Assembly (NCBI GenBank): GCA_016840095.1 | Contig: JAEOSZ010000023.1 | Location: 1-17,426, forward strand | Length of the DNA: 17,426 nt | Reading direction: 5' to 3' | Origin: Candidatus Heimdallarchaeota archaeon | Lineage (GTDB): Archaea > Asgardarchaeota > Heimdallarchaeia > Heimdallarchaeales > Heimdallarchaeaceae | Shown here: piece after piece, positions 16,475 through 17,426 of the stretch | Numbering within the stretch: position 1 is the stretch's first letter | How the letters are laid out: each line of letters begins with the position of its first letter | Notes under the pieces: model-generated | Database searches by the model: none | What the model was told of the DNA's origin: nothing | Seen by the model: only the letters and a program-made list of their open reading frames with translations | Program-made: the position numbers and the translations under genes

Positions 16475-17426
16475 ATGGACAGAAGAAAGAAGTTTCTAAC
16501 ATTAACGATTATAATGTTTTTTGGAATTTCAGTGTTTTACTTTAATAGTTCAATAAGTATAAAAGATGATCAATTGAAAGATGATTTTACACCAATTCAG
16601 ATCGATAATCGTCCTAAGCTTTTAGATCTAACAGATCCTGCATTTACAATTCAAGGTTCAGCAGATCTTGGAACATATTCTATCGGAGGAACAGGCGCAC
16701 TTGGTGATCCTTATCAAATCTCTGGTTATCGTATAGATGCTAGAGGTCTTCCTGAAGGAATGAAGTATCTCAATACTTGGGGTCTTCATGTAGACTTCTT
16801 CAACAATACCATACTTGGTGGTGACAATGCAGCTCTTTCTATTGAAAATGTTACTGCTGACACAGTTAGGGTATATGAGAATACTTTTTTCAATGCTACT
16901 TACGGAATTGAATTCATAGATACTGATGAACATCTCGTAAATTTCAACCATATTAACGGTTGTCTAACAGGAGTTCGATTTACCGGAGATAATTATGAAA
17001 TGCATAATAACACATTCATAGAATGTGATATAGGTATAGAAGCTGAAACTGCTTATCAAGCATTTTTACACAATAATACTATGATTGATTGTGGATATGG
17101 AATATTCACTAGTGGCTGTATATCCAGTATAGTAAATACAAACATAATTTCTGGAAGTATTGATGTAGGAATTTATGACAGATTATCTGAATCTACGGAC
17201 ATAATTTATAATCATCTTTATGACAACCAAATTGGCATAGCAATCAATATGTCACTAGGAGTCATACTTGCGGATAATCGTATTTACAACAGTATTTCAG
17301 ATGGAATATTTCTACAAGAAACAGAAGGAACAGAACTTTGGCTGAATCAACTGTTTGGGTGTGGTTTCAACGTCTATGATAGGAATATTACAAGAGCATC
17401 TTCAATTATTTTTAGTAATACAAATA
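16475..17426 (+). CDS. Second right-handed beta-helix (NosD-like) surface protein, 3'-truncated; absent from the ORF track
   Basis: Manual translation is open from ATG 16475 to the window end: MDRRKKFLTLTIIMFFGISVFYF...GGTGALGDPYQISG...NNTILGG...YGIEF...HNNTFIECDIGI...HNNTMIDCGYGIF...DNRIYNSISDGIFL. CTTAAAAA box near 16445. Confidence 0.88.
   Translation, partial: MDRRKKFLTLTIIMFFGISVFYFNSSISIKDDQLKDDFTPIQIDNRPKLLDLTDPAFTIQGSADLGTYSIGGTGALGDPYQISGYRIDARGLPEGMKYLNTWGLHVDFFNNTILGGDNAALSIENVTADTVRVYENTFFNATYGIEFIDTDEHLVNFNHINGCLTGVRFTGDNYEMHNNTFIECDIGIEAETAYQAFLHNNTMIDCGYGIFTSGCISSIVNTNIISGSIDVGIYDRLSESTDIIYNHLYDNQIGIAINMSLGVILADNRIYNSISDGIFLQETEGTELWLNQLFGCGFNVYDRNITRASSIIFSNTN

Noticed and set aside
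10844-16951. Short overlapping ORFs (10844-11125, 12805-13164, 14689-14874, 15233-15460, 15612-15836, 16658-16951)
   Set aside because: They are alternative-frame or antisense shadows of supported genes; 16658-16951 lies opposite the truncated beta-helix gene.
1-17426. Frequent CTAG as a possible target of the methyltransferase
   Set aside because: A rough manual count (about 48) is near what base composition predicts, so it is simply not depleted and no target can be inferred.
1-17426. tRNA/rRNA genes, CRISPR arrays, transposases, integrases
   Set aside because: All intergenic gaps are short (about 125 bp or less) and AT-rich, with no cloverleaf, regular repeat-spacer pattern or recombinase motif.

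Overview
This AT-rich window looks archaeal: most genes have a BRE/TATA-like element about 25-45 bp upstream, several appear leaderless, and T-rich tracts follow some stop codons. The long TPR protein, the NosD-type beta-helix surface proteins and the sLpl(AB)-type lipoate ligase suggest an Asgard (probably Heimdallarchaeia-like) genome; this is inferred, not searched. Gene order: 5'-truncated GH2 glycoside hydrolase; stand-alone HMA domain; 605-aa TPR protein; nitrilase (-); CopZ chaperone and CopA Cu(I) P1B-ATPase; DUF4837-like protein; Asp-box surface protein; secreted glycoprotein; lipoate-protein ligase; orphan SPPY-type (m4C) DNA methyltransferase (-); SRD5A/DET2-like reductase; conserved hypothetical (-); beta-helix protein with an IPEF sorting tail; 99-aa zinc-ribbon protein; secreted membrane-anchored protein (-); and a second, 3'-truncated beta-helix protein missing from the ORF track. 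I saw no RNA genes, CRISPR arrays or mobile elements. The most intriguing items are the zinc-ribbon protein whose C-terminal half resembles the eukaryotic CYSTM module, the intact-looking steroid 5-alpha-reductase-family enzyme among sequon-rich surface proteins, a T16 tract in the divergent nitrilase/copZ promoter, and a palindrome over the lipoate-ligase promoter.
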